64,000 nt of DNA from Candidatus Gottesmanbacteria bacterium (GTDB taxonomy: Bacteria > Patescibacteriota > Microgenomatia > JAMCYU01), in contig JAZDMI010000021.1 of the NCBI GenBank assembly GCA_043801155.1, positions 2,683 through 66,682 of the forward strand. Direction: 5' to 3'. Positions 1 to 9,500 of this stretch are shown here, one piece after another (position 1 is the first letter of the stretch; every line of letters starts with the position of its first letter). Both the position numbers and the translations under genes were made by a program. The notes below the pieces were generated by a model. The model ran no database searches and had not been told where the DNA came from. It was given only the letters and a program-made list of their open reading frames with translations.

Positions 1-94
1 TTATATAAAAACACTTCCAAAGCAGCCTCTCCGAGTTCAATCGATACTTTTTTCATCATTTTTCTTAGTTAGCGGGATATTTTTTCTTAGCTTA

Positions 95-667
95 GTGGCT
101 TTGCCAATAATTACCTTTCAGCTTTTTTATACGCCTAAATATGCCAGTGTTATTAGTCCTCTTTCTGACACTCAAGTCTTAGGTACCCAAACAGATTTTA
201 CTCAAGTTACCAATTGGTTTCCCAATGAGGTTAAACGGACTAGTCCGTCAAAAATCACCAGCTATACTCTGTCTATTCCTAAATTAAATATCAAAAGCGC
301 GGTGGTAAATATCGGCAGTAGTGATTTATCAAAAAGTCTGATTCAGTGGGATAGTGCTATTTTACCGGGTGAATTTGGCAATGCGGTTGTTTTTGGTCAT
401 TCAGTTTTACCGGCTTTTTTCGACCCGAAGAATTATATGACGATTTTTTCTACCTTGCCTACATTAAAACTCAAAGATGAGTTTTATGTTTATTTTGACG
501 GTATAACCTATCGTTATCAAGTCGTAGATCTTAAGGTGATTGATCCACAAGATATTTCTGTTTTAGAACAAACATATGATGGTTCATATATCTCTTTAGT
601 AACGTGTGTCCCGCCGGGAACTTATTGGAAAAGATTAGTAGTTAAGTCAAGACTGGTAAAAATATGA
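95..667 (+). CDS. sortase-family transpeptidase (GTG start)
   Basis: Catalytic His motif (VVFGHS), catalytic Cys motif (TLxTC-like SLVTCVPPG) and a downstream Arg are present. The N-terminus is short and lacks an obvious membrane anchor; a stop codon lies upstream in frame at 68-70. Confidence 0.6.
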   Translation: MALPIITFQLFYTPKYASVISPLSDTQVLGTQTDFTQVTNWFPNEVKRTSPSKITSYTLSIPKLNIKSAVVNIGSSDLSKSLIQWDSAILPGEFGNAVVFGHSVLPAFFDPKNYMTIFSTLPTLKLKDEFYVYFDGITYRYQVVDLKVIDPQDISVLEQTYDGSYISLVTCVPPGTYWKRLVVKSRLVKI

Positions 668-675
668 ATTTAGAC

Positions 676-702
676 GCGATTGCGCCTTCGGCGAACAATC
701 GC
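676..702 (+). terminator. stable stem-loop (GCGATTG / CAATCGC arms enclosing CGCC-UUCG-GCG tetraloop hairpin) 9 nt after the sortase stop, followed by a weak U tract
   Basis: Inverted repeats read directly from the sequence; the U tract is imperfect (tacttttg). Confidence 0.45.
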
Positions 703-719
703 TACTTTTGCTACGCAAA

Positions 720-1106
720 ATGAAATATCTAGGTATTGATTATGGAAATGCCAAAATCGGCTTAGCTATGTCCGAAGGAAAGTTAGCCGAACCGATAGGT
801 TCAATAAAAACTTTAAATTCCAAATCACAGATTACTAATATTTGTGAACGGGATGTTATCGAAAAAATAGTTATCGGGATTTCTGAAGGAAAGATGGCGA
901 TGCAAATCAAAAAATTTGGTGACGAGTTAGAAACAGTAATAAATATTCCGATAGAATATTGGGATGAAACCCTAAGTAGTATTCAAGCCAGAGAAAAAAT
1001 GATTGAAGCAGGGAAACCCCAAATGAAGAAAAAGACTGACGAACACTCCATTGCCGCTGCCTTAATCCTCCAGGATTATTTGGATAATAAAAAAGATTCT
1101 TTATGA
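720..1106 (+). CDS. ruvX: Holliday-junction resolvase-like nuclease YqgF/RuvX
   Basis: MKYLGIDYGNAKIGLAMSEG matches the YqgF N-terminal motif (LGxDxGxKRIGxAxSD). The ORF track starts at a TTG at 708; the ATG at 720 is preferred. Confidence 0.7.
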   Translation: MKYLGIDYGNAKIGLAMSEGKLAEPIGSIKTLNSKSQITNICERDVIEKIVIGISEGKMAMQIKKFGDELETVINIPIEYWDETLSSIQAREKMIEAGKPQMKKKTDEHSIAAALILQDYLDNKKDSL

Positions 1107-1372
1107 AAAAATGGATATTGGGGATATTATTGCTTGCTTTGTTTTTTATACCGATTCCACTAATTGTACATTATGACTGTAAAATAAATTGTCCACCAGG
1201 AATTTCATGTGAGTGTCCAAGACTAACTGAAAGACCACAATTTTTATGGGATAATTATTTATTGGTGTGGCAAAAATCCTTAGCCCAAAGATTTATTGGA
1301 AAAATATCTGGGGAGATATTTTGTTTATTCAACCAGTGCTTAAATACAAATACATTGCCAATTACCAAGTAA
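1103..1372 (+). CDS. hypothetical small membrane/Cys-rich protein
   Basis: N-terminal TM helix followed by CxxxC...CxC; start overlaps the ruvX stop by 4 nt; no recognisable family. Confidence 0.35.
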   Translation: MKKWILGILLLALFFIPIPLIVHYDCKINCPPGISCECPRLTERPQFLWDNYLLVWQKSLAQRFIGKISGEIFCLFNQCLNTNTLPITK

Positions 1373-1427
1373 ACAGTTCTTATCTTGGGATTTGAAGTTT
1401 GCTCCCAACTCCCCTAAAATAAACTAG

Positions 1428-3701
1428 ATGGTTAGTCTTGCCCAAACCATAAATGAAATTAAGTCATTAAAAATTCAGGGTGCCACCAATGTTGCCCGTT
1501 CGGCGATCAGTATTTTAAGTGATGTTCCCCAGATTAGATTAAATGAGACAATTGACGAACTAATTTCTACCCGGCCAACCGAGCCATTGCTGCAAAACTG
1601 TCTTAATTTAGTTAAATTAAAAGGAAAAATTGTTATTCCATTGATTTTAGCAAGACTTGATAATATTGAGGATGAAATTGTTAAAAATGGTGCGTCTCTT
1701 ATTAAAAATGGTGACATAATTTTAACCCATTGTCATTCTTCATCGGTGGTTAAACTTTTTAAATATACCAAGAAAAAAGGAGTTGATTTTAAGGTTTATC
1801 TAACGGAAACCCGGCCGGTTTTCCAGGGAAGGATTACTGCCGGGGAATTAACTGAAGCCGGAATAAATTCAACCATGATTACTGATTCCGAGGCTTCCTT
1901 TGTAATCAGCAAAGAGGATAACCTGGATATTAACACAGTTTTTCTCGGAGCCGATGCCATCGACAAGAATGGATCAATATATAATAAAGTCGGCAGCTAT
2001 GGCATAGCTCTTTCAGCCTCAAAGGCCAATATACCTATATATATAGTATCCACCCTGCTTAAATTCTCGGTTAAACCGGTAATTATTGAAGAAAGAAAAG
2101 GCAAGGAAGTTTGGTCAAATAAGCCTAAAAATCTCAAAATATTTAATCCGGCTTTTGATAAAGTTCCGGCGGAATTAATCACCGGATTGGTTAGTGAATT
2201 TGGCATTATTAAACCCAAAAAAGTAAAATTCATGGTTAAAAAAAATTACCCTTGGATATTAACGGGTGAGACGCTGAGGTCGCCCATTAGCGATTTTTTC
2301 GGTACAAAACCTGCGAGGAGTCGTCCCGACTCTGTCGGGACTCCTTTCGTTCCTCAAAAATCGAACGGGCTCCCCGCGTCTCACGAAAAAAATTCGTTCT
2401 CCCCTTATAAGTCCTATTCGGCGCTTCAAGATTCCCGAGCTTACAGCGAGGGTGAATTGAAGCAACGAAAAACACCTTACAGGTGTTATCTTCATCTTAA
2501 TGAAAAAGTTAACCTTAAAAATCACATTATGGCTGATTTTATTTTAACAGTTAATAAGGATGAGGATTTTTTGGAGGTTGCCGGCGGAATTGCCACCGAG
2601 TCTTCAATCGGCACCTGGACGCAAGTGACCACCCAATTAAAAAGCGTTTGGGAAAAACTTCATGCTAGGGTGCTTAAGGCAGATAAAAACAGCGGGTCTT
2701 TGCAGATTGCCTATCCGTTGGATCTTTTTGAAAAAGGGAATATTCCCCAATTATTGTCATCGATAGCCGGTAATGTCTATGGACTGAAGGAAGCTTCTTG
2801 TCTTAGATTGGATGATATTAACTTGCCCGAAAATTATGTTAAAACTTTTCCCGGGCCAGCTTTTGGCATCGATGGGATAAGAAAAATTACCGGTGTTTAC
2901 GGCCGGCCGTTAATTGGTTGTATCATTAAACCCAAATTGGGGCTGGACTGCGAAAAGCATTCAAAAATAGCCAAAGAAGTTTATGAGGGGGGAATTGATT
3001 TCGTCAAGGATGATGAAAACTTAACCTCTCAAGAATTTAATCCGTTTGAGAAAAGAGTTTCATTGATTATGAAATATTTAATTGACTCGCATCAATTAAA
3101 TAAAATATATGCTTTTAACGTAACCGCACCATCAGACAGAATGTTAAAAAGAGCTAATTTTATTAAAACCCATGGCGGAAATTGTGCGATGATTGATTTT
3201 TTAACGGCTGGTTTTTCCGGATTGCAGTCACTCCGTAGCGCTAATCTGGGTTTAATTATTCATGGCCATCGAGCTATGCATGCAGCTCTGGATAGAATAC
3301 CAAACCATGGCATATCAATGCTGGTCTTGGCAAAATTAGGAAGATTAGCAGGGTTGGATTCTTTGCATAGCGGAACAGTAATTGGTAAGATGGAAGGTGG
3401 AGAAAAAGAAATAATAAATATCAATAAATTTTTATTAGGCAGTTGGTATGGATTAAAACCGGTTTTACCGGTAGCCTCCGGAGGTTTGTATCCCGGATTA
3501 ATACCTGACTTAATCAAGATTTTAGGTAAGGATATTCTTTTAAATTTTGGCGGAGGGATTCACGGACATCCGCAAGGCTCAAAAATGGGTGCCATAGCAG
3601 TATTGGCGGCGGTTAAGGCTTATCAAAAAGGGATATCATTTTCAGAAAGTGCCAAAACCAATAAAGCCCTGGCAGTAGCTTTAGAGAAATGGCCAATATG
3701 A
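1428..3701 (+). CDS. single uninterrupted ORF: ribose-1,5-bisphosphate isomerase (e2b2/eIF-2B-like) domain (about 1428-2262) joined in frame, through a 65-aa linker encoded by a GC-rich palindromic element, to a form III-like RuBisCO large subunit (RuBisCO homology from about 2457; first ATG 2529; to 3701)
   Basis: The e2b2 part ends with NPAFDKVPAELITGLVSEFGIIKP, as the family does. The RuBisCO part carries ESSIGTWT, the catalytic KPKLG, GIDFVKDDENLTSQ, HGHRAMHAA and GGGIHGHP motifs. The ORF track shows no stop codon between the two. Confidence 0.6.
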   Translation: MVSLAQTINEIKSLKIQGATNVARSAISILSDVPQIRLNETIDELISTRPTEPLLQNCLNLVKLKGKIVIPLILARLDNIEDEIVKNGASLIKNGDIILTHCHSSSVVKLFKYTKKKGVDFKVYLTETRPVFQGRITAGELTEAGINSTMITDSEASFVISKEDNLDINTVFLGADAIDKNGSIYNKVGSYGIALSASKANIPIYIVSTLLKFSVKPVIIEERKGKEVWSNKPKNLKIFNPAFDKVPAELITGLVSEFGIIKPKKVKFMVKKNYPWILTGETLRSPISDFFGTKPARSRPDSVGTPFVPQKSNGLPASHEKNSFSPYKSYSALQDSRAYSEGELKQRKTPYRCYLHLNEKVNLKNHIMADFILTVNKDEDFLEVAGGIATESSIGTWTQVTTQLKSVWEKLHARVLKADKNSGSLQIAYPLDLFEKGNIPQLLSSIAGNVYGLKEASCLRLDDINLPENYVKTFPGPAFGIDGIRKITGVYGRPLIGCIIKPKLGLDCEKHSKIAKEVYEGGIDFVKDDENLTSQEFNPFEKRVSLIMKYLIDSHQLNKIYAFNVTAPSDRMLKRANFIKTHGGNCAMIDFLTAGFSGLQSLRSANLGLIIHGHRAMHAALDRIPNHGISMLVLAKLGRLAGLDSLHSGTVIGKMEGGEKEIININKFLLGSWYGLKPVLPVASGGLYPGLIPDLIKILGKDILLNFGGGIHGHPQGSKMGAIAVLAAVKAYQKGISFSESAKTNKALAVALEKWPI
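2266..2384 (+). repeat. GC-rich structured element: 9-bp terminal inverted repeats GTGAGACGC...GCGTCTCAC enclosing an imperfect 16-bp hairpin (GAGGAGTCGTCCCGAC-TCT-GTCGGGACTCCT). GC-rich sequence continues to about 2470 with a further small hairpin (ACACCT-TAC-AGGTGT) near 2474-2490
   Basis: Read directly; GC content is far above the surroundings; all three overlapping frames (one + and two -) are open here, as expected when AT-rich stop codons are depleted. Confidence 0.6.
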
Positions 3702-4957
3702 AAAAAACTAATAAAACAATAGCTATTCAGGCAATCAGGGATAAATTAGTTGGTAAAAGACTTTCCTATCAGGAAATATTTGCCCTGATGGATGAAATTG
3801 CTAATCATAAACTGGGCCCGGTTTTAACAACTTATTTTGCTGCGGCTGGATTTAAAGAAGGTTTTTCCAATCCCGAACTGTTTTTTCTTACCAAAGCGAT
3901 GGCCGAAACCGGCGAAAAACTTCATTTTAAGGGAATTGTAGCCGATAAACACTCCACCGGGGGAATTGCCGGAACCAGGACAACGATGATTTTGGTGCCG
4001 ATTATCGCTTCTGCCGGTATAAAGATTCCTAAAAATTCTTCTCGGGCAATCACTACTCCTTCCGGAACAGCCGATACGATGGAGGTCTTAGCTCCGGTAA
4101 CTTTTATGCCACGACAAATTGAGCAAATAGTTTATAAAACTGGCGGTTGTATTGTTTGGGGAGGTCATTTAGGGCTTGCTCCGGCCGATGATATTATTAT
4201 TCAGATTGAGGAACCGTTAGCTTTTGAGTCTTTTGATAAAATTATTATTTCGGTTATGGCTAAAAAAGTTGCTTCGGGAGCCAATCATGTTATTATTGAT
4301 ATTCCAGTTGGGCCGACCGTTAAAATAAAACATTTTACCGATGCTGAACTTATTGCTAAAAAAATTACCTTTTTAGGCAAGCAGTTCAAAATAAAAATTG
4401 TGACCGATATCAACCAAATACTTGAACCGGCCGGCCGGGGAGTTGGTCCGTCACTTGAGGCCAGAGATGTCTTAAGAGTCCTTGAACAATTACCAGATAG
4501 GCCGCTCGCATTAGAAAGAAAAGCCTTAAAATTATCTGGCCGGCTTTTAGATCTTTGTTTTGCTGATATGAAAGGGAAAAAGGTTGGTACTGGTGAAGAA
4601 GTCGCTGATCAGATTCTTAAATCGGGTAAGGCCCTAGACAAAATGAGAGAAATTATAAAAATTCAGGGCGGTAATTCCAATATCTCATCAAGCAGGATAA
4701 AACTAGGTAAATTCAAAGAAGAAATAAAAAGTACCAGGAAAGGAAGAATTATAAGTTTGGATAATCATCAGATGACAGTTATCTGTAAAATCTTAGGCGC
4801 CCCGGCAGATAAAGAAGCAGGTATTTTTTTGGGTAGGCGGGTTGACGAAAAAGTAGACAAGGATGATATACTATTTATTATGTATTCTTCCGACAAATGG
4901 AGATTAAAAGAGGCGCAGGAAACATTAAAAAATTTACCAATATTCAAGATTGAATAA
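3689..4957 (+). CDS. deoA: AMP phosphorylase / thymidine phosphorylase family (DeoA-like)
   Basis: Pyrimidine-nucleoside phosphorylase family motifs (HSTGGIAG, TTPSGTADTMEVLAP, GGCIVWGG). Overlaps the RuBisCO stop by 13 nt, completing the e2b2-RuBisCO-AMPpase pathway set. Confidence 0.75.
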   Translation: MANMKKTNKTIAIQAIRDKLVGKRLSYQEIFALMDEIANHKLGPVLTTYFAAAGFKEGFSNPELFFLTKAMAETGEKLHFKGIVADKHSTGGIAGTRTTMILVPIIASAGIKIPKNSSRAITTPSGTADTMEVLAPVTFMPRQIEQIVYKTGGCIVWGGHLGLAPADDIIIQIEEPLAFESFDKIIISVMAKKVASGANHVIIDIPVGPTVKIKHFTDAELIAKKITFLGKQFKIKIVTDINQILEPAGRGVGPSLEARDVLRVLEQLPDRPLALERKALKLSGRLLDLCFADMKGKKVGTGEEVADQILKSGKALDKMREIIKIQGGNSNISSSRIKLGKFKEEIKSTRKGRIISLDNHQMTVICKILGAPADKEAGIFLGRRVDEKVDKDDILFIMYSSDKWRLKEAQETLKNLPIFKIE

Positions 4958-4968
4958 GAAAGGAAAAT

Positions 4969-5172
4969 ATGTTTAAAAATATGATTGCCCCCGTTCAGGC
5001 TTGGTTACTTTCTCAAGGAAGATGTGTCGGGTGTGGCATGCCTTTACAGAAGTCAAATATTAAAAGTAAAAAATCAGACGTTGAGGAATTAATTACCTGT
5101 AAATGCGGTCGTGTCTATATTTATGATAGTAAGATAAATCGATATCGCCGGGCACTTATTTCGGAAGTCTAA
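4969..5172 (+). CDS. small zinc-ribbon protein (CVGCG...CKCG)
   Basis: Two Cys pairs; abuts mltG (stop TAA then ATG). Confidence 0.4.
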   Translation: MFKNMIAPVQAWLLSQGRCVGCGMPLQKSNIKSKKSDVEELITCKCGRVYIYDSKINRYRRALISEV

Positions 5173-6141
5173 ATGAGTTCTTTTAAGATAAGAATAGTAG
5201 TTCTGGTTTGTTTAATTGTTCTCTTATTCGGCGGAGGAATTTTTTGGTGGCAATTAAGTCTATCAGCGATTAATCCCGCCGATAAAAAACCAAGAATTTT
5301 TGTCATTCAAAAAGGTGATGGCGTCCGCGAGATTGCCACTCGTTTAAAGAATGATGGTTTAATCAGGGATCAAATTGCCTTTTTTCTTCTGGTAAAAATA
5401 AACAACCTGGATCAAAAACTTCAGGCTGGTGATTATCGACTATCACCAAGTATGGACGTTACCGCATTAGCTCAAGTTTTGACTAAAGGCATGAACGATA
5501 TTTGGATTACTATTCTTGAGGGATGGCGGGACGAAGAGATTGCCTTAAAATTTGCTGCCGATCTATCTATTCCCGAAAATCAATTTTTAAAATATGCGCA
5601 GGAAGGACGTATGTTTCCTGATACCTATTTGATTCCAAAAGAATCAACCGCCGGAGCAGTTGTTCAAATACTAAAGGAAAATTTTAATAATAAATTTACT
5701 TCAGAACTCCAAAAAGAGGCTACCAAAACAGGATTAACCGTTAATCAGGTTCTAATATTGGCATCTATTGTGGAAAAGGAAGCCAGCGGTGAGAAGGATC
5801 GCAGTGTCATTGCTGGAATCTTACTTAAACGCTTAAAAAAAGATTGGCCACTTCAGGTTGATGCAACCGTTCAATATGCTCTTGGCTATCAACCGGAAGA
5901 ACGATCTTGGTGGAAAAAAGCTATCACTAATTTTGATAAAAAAATAAAGTCTCCTTATAATACCTATGAGAACACCGGGCTTCCACCAGGACCAATTTGT
6001 AATCCGGGTTTAGCGTCAATTGGAGCCGCTGTTAGTCCGCAAGATTCTGTTTATTGGTTTTATCTGCATGACCCAGAAGGAAACGTTCACTACGCTAAAA
6101 CGATGGAAGAACACGAAGCCAATATTGCTAAATACCTATAG
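5173..6141 (+). CDS. mltG: endolytic murein transglycosylase MltG/YceG family
   Basis: N-terminal TM helix, YceG-like domain, signature GLPPGPICNPG near the C-terminus. Confidence 0.8.
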   Translation: MSSFKIRIVVLVCLIVLLFGGGIFWWQLSLSAINPADKKPRIFVIQKGDGVREIATRLKNDGLIRDQIAFFLLVKINNLDQKLQAGDYRLSPSMDVTALAQVLTKGMNDIWITILEGWRDEEIALKFAADLSIPENQFLKYAQEGRMFPDTYLIPKESTAGAVVQILKENFNNKFTSELQKEATKTGLTVNQVLILASIVEKEASGEKDRSVIAGILLKRLKKDWPLQVDATVQYALGYQPEERSWWKKAITNFDKKIKSPYNTYENTGLPPGPICNPGLASIGAAVSPQDSVYWFYLHDPEGNVHYAKTMEEHEANIAKYL

Positions 6142-6342
6142 TAACTTCTTTTCCTTGGAGAAAAATAAGAGGTAGATGATTTCTAATATTCCGACAGTAT
6201 TTAAAATTAAAAGAATAATAAACCAATATTTTTGTCCGCTTCTTGACGATCGCCATAACGCTAAGCCTTTCCAGAAAAAGCTCCAAATTAATATTGGATA
6301 AACCACATACCACATTTTACTAATTTCCGGTAAATTGACCAT
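6136..6342 (-). CDS. hypothetical small two-TM membrane protein
   Basis: Two hydrophobic helices. Preferred over the overlapping 6128..6313 frame, but weakly supported. Confidence 0.3.
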   Translation of the reverse strand: MVNLPEISKMWYVVYPILIWSFFWKGLALWRSSRSGQKYWFIILLILNTVGILEIIYLLFFSKEKKLL

Positions 6343-6389
6343 ACGATTATTAAAATAGAACTTATCTTATACTAAAGTCAAATCAAACC

Positions 6390-6418
6390 TTGACAAGATA
6401 TTTTCTTTATGCTATAAG
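6390..6418 (+). promoter_or_regulatory. sigma70-type promoter TTGACA-17-TATAAG upstream of rpoB, followed by a structured leader (hairpins GCGAAC/GTTCGC and TGTGTTT/AAACACA)
   Basis: Consensus -35 and -10 hexamers with a 17-nt spacer. Confidence 0.55.
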
Positions 6419-6543
6419 ATATATATCATTTAAATAATGTTAAAGGCGAACTAAATTTGTTCGCTTAATTTTGTGTTTCAATTAAAACACATAACGGATT
6501 TTTCTTGACGTACTAGAAAAATTCGTAATTTCCCAAAAATCTA

Positions 6544-9500
6544 ATGACTAAACCCAAAATTACTGGCCGAATTTTTTGGGGTAAAGAAACGCCCAATCTT
6601 CCCCCTATTGATCTGACCGCAATTCAGCGGGATTCTTATCGTTGGTTTTTAGAAAAAGGCATTGCTGAAGCCCTGGCTGAAATTTCACCACTTGAAGATT
6701 TTACTGGGAAAAATTGGCAACTTGAATTTGGTCAACATTTATTCGGCAAATCTAAATATTCCCCCCCCGAAGCATTGGAAAAAGGAGTTACTTTCGATAT
6801 TCCCCTTAAGGTTGAGACGATGCTAACCAATAAACAAACCGGAGAAAAGATCAGGCAAGAGGTCTTTTTAGGTGATATTCCGGCAATGACCGAACAGGGA
6901 ACCTTTATTATCAACGGAATTGAGCGATGTATTGTTAACCAATTGGTTCGTTCGCCGGGTGTCTTTTTTACCGGCGGGCCGGATTCCGTTACCGGTAGGA
7001 TGCTTTATATGGCGGAACTTCGACCGATGCATGGATCGTGGCTTGAATTTAATGTTAGTCGTAACAATGTCCTTACAGTTCGGATAGATCGCCGAAGAAA
7101 ATTTCCCGCCACGACATTTTTAAGAGCGGCTGATATTTTTACCGACGAAGACCTGGTATCTACTTTTGCCTCAGTTGATAATAATCCAAATCATAAATTT
7201 ATTGAGACAACGATTGAACATGATTCCACCAAGGGGCAGGAAGAAGCTATTCTCGAGATTTATCGAAAAATGAGGCCAGGTGAACCGGTAGTATTAGAAA
7301 ATGCCAAAACTTTCTTAAACAATATGTTTTTTAATCCCCGTCGTTACGACCTGGGGAAAGTCGGCCGTTATAAATTAAATAGGAAATTAGGTTTAACAAT
7401 TCCGGTAACTCCGGAGAATCAGGTTTTGACAAAAGAGGATATTATCGGGGCAATAAAGTATTTAATAAAATTACAAAACGGACAACCGGATGCAGAGATT
7501 GACGATATTGATCATTTGGCCAACCGACGGGTGCGCTGCGCCGGAGAACTAGTGGCGACTAATGCTTTCCGGATTGGAATTTTACGTCTTGAACGGACAA
7601 TCAGGGAAAAAATGAGTTTAGCTCAGGTTTCACAACCGCTTACTCCTTCGGCGGTAGTAAACGCTAGGCCGGTCATTGCCTCGATCAATGATTTTTTCCG
7701 TACCAGCCAACTTTCGACTATTTTAGATCAGACTAATCCTCTTTCAGAACTTGATAATTTACGACGGTTAACGGTTATGGGAACTGGTGGAATATCTCGT
7801 GAACGGGCCAGCTTTTCAATTCGTGATATCAATGCCAGTCAATACGGCCGAATTTGTCCGGTTCGTTCGCCCGAAGGACCGAATATTGGTTTAGTTACAT
7901 ATATGGCATTATATGCCCGCGTTAATGAATACGGCTTTTTGGAAACACCATATCGTCGGATAATAAAAAAAGACGGTAAAATGAAAGTCACCGGTGAAAT
8001 TGTCTATTTATCAGCCGACGACGAACAAAAATATTATATTACCCATGCGAGTATTAATCTCGGGCAGGATGGAATGATTGTTGATAAAAGAGTTCCGGTG
8101 CGTTATCACGGAGAATTTTTAGAAGTGCCCAGAGAATCAGTCCAATTTATTGATTTGACACCCCGGCAGGTAGTCGGGTCATCAGCCGCATTAATTCCCT
8201 TTATTTCTCATGATGAGGCTAATCGAGCTTTGATGGGTACTCATATGCAATGTCAGGCCGTACCACTGGTCAATCCAGCGGCACCGATTATTGGTACCGG
8301 AATGGAATCATTAGTTTCTCAAGCTTTAGGTCGAGTTGTCAGAGCCAGACATAGCGGTAAAGTTATTTTTGCCGATGCCGAAAAAGTGGTTATTAAATTG
8401 AATAAAAAAGTTAAACCGGAAGATGAAGAAAAAAAATTAAATGAAACAATCAAACTGGATGGTGATGAGGAAATCTATTTTATTGAGAAATTTAAACGTT
8501 CAGCCCAGTCAACTTGTTATTCGCAGCGGCCATTAGTTAAAACCGGTGACAAAGTTGAAGACGATGAAATTATCATTGATGGACCGGCGACTAAAGATGG
8601 TGAATTAGCCCTTGGACAAAACCTCGTTATCGCCTATATGTCCTTTGACGGATTAGGATTTGAAGATGCCATTGTTATTTCTGACCGATTAGTCCGCGAA
8701 GACGTTTTGACTTCGATAAATATCGAGGAATACGAAGCCAGCGTAGTCGAGACGAAGTTGGGACCGGAAGAAACTACCCGGGATATTCCTAATGTTGGTG
8801 AAGAAGCACTTTTAAATCTAGATCAGGATGGGGTAGTCATCATCGGAGCAGAAGTCGGACCCAATGATATCTTAGTTGGGAAAATTGCTCCTAAAGGCGA
8901 AACTGAATTAACCGCCGAGGAGCGGCTTTTACGGGCTATTTTTGGTGAAAAGGCCAGAGAAGTTAGGGATACATCACTAAGAATGCCACACGGAGAACGC
9001 GGGATCGTCGTTGCCATTAAAGTATTAGACAAAGAAAAAGGCGATGAACTGGAACCGGGAACCATTAGAAAGATTATTATTAAAGTAGCGCAGATTCGGA
9101 AAGTCGTCGTCGGAGATAAACTAGCCGGTAGGCATGGAAATAAAGGTGTTATCTCTAAGATTGTTCGTCGAAGCGATATGCCTTATTTACCGGACGGAAC
9201 GCCGGTTGATATGATCATCTCTCCATTATCGGTCTTGTCAAGAATGAATTTAGGGCAACTTTTAGAAGCACATCTGGGTTGGGCAGCTAATAAATTAAAC
9301 CAGAAAATTGCGATTCCGGTTTTTGAAAAAATTCCTGAAGAAAAAATTATTGAAGAGCTTAAAAAAGCTGATTTACCCACCAGCGGGAAAACAGTACTTT
9401 ATGATGGTCGAACCGGTGAACAATTCAGTCGGGAAATCGTTGTCGGCATTGCCTATGTAATGAAGCTTATTCACATGGTTGAAGATAAAACCCATGCGCG

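Noticed and set aside
1-56. Possible minus-strand gene start at 56 (MKKVSIELGEAALEVFLY...) running off the left edge
   Set aside because: Only 18 codons are inside the window; it cannot be supported.
2259-2525. Minus-strand ORFs 2259..2525 and 2287..2475 (88 and 62 aa)
   Set aside because: They lie entirely inside the GC-rich element, where AT-rich stop codons are depleted in all frames; there is no RBS or homology. These are artefacts of base composition.
2266-2528. Intein or group I intron interpretation of the e2b2-RuBisCO connector
   Set aside because: For an intein: only about 65 aa, with no Cys/Ser/Thr junction residue plus His-Asn terminus, and it does not interrupt a conserved host motif. 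For an intron: it lies between, not inside, the two conserved coding regions, and the frame is open. Kept as a structured or MITE-like element instead.
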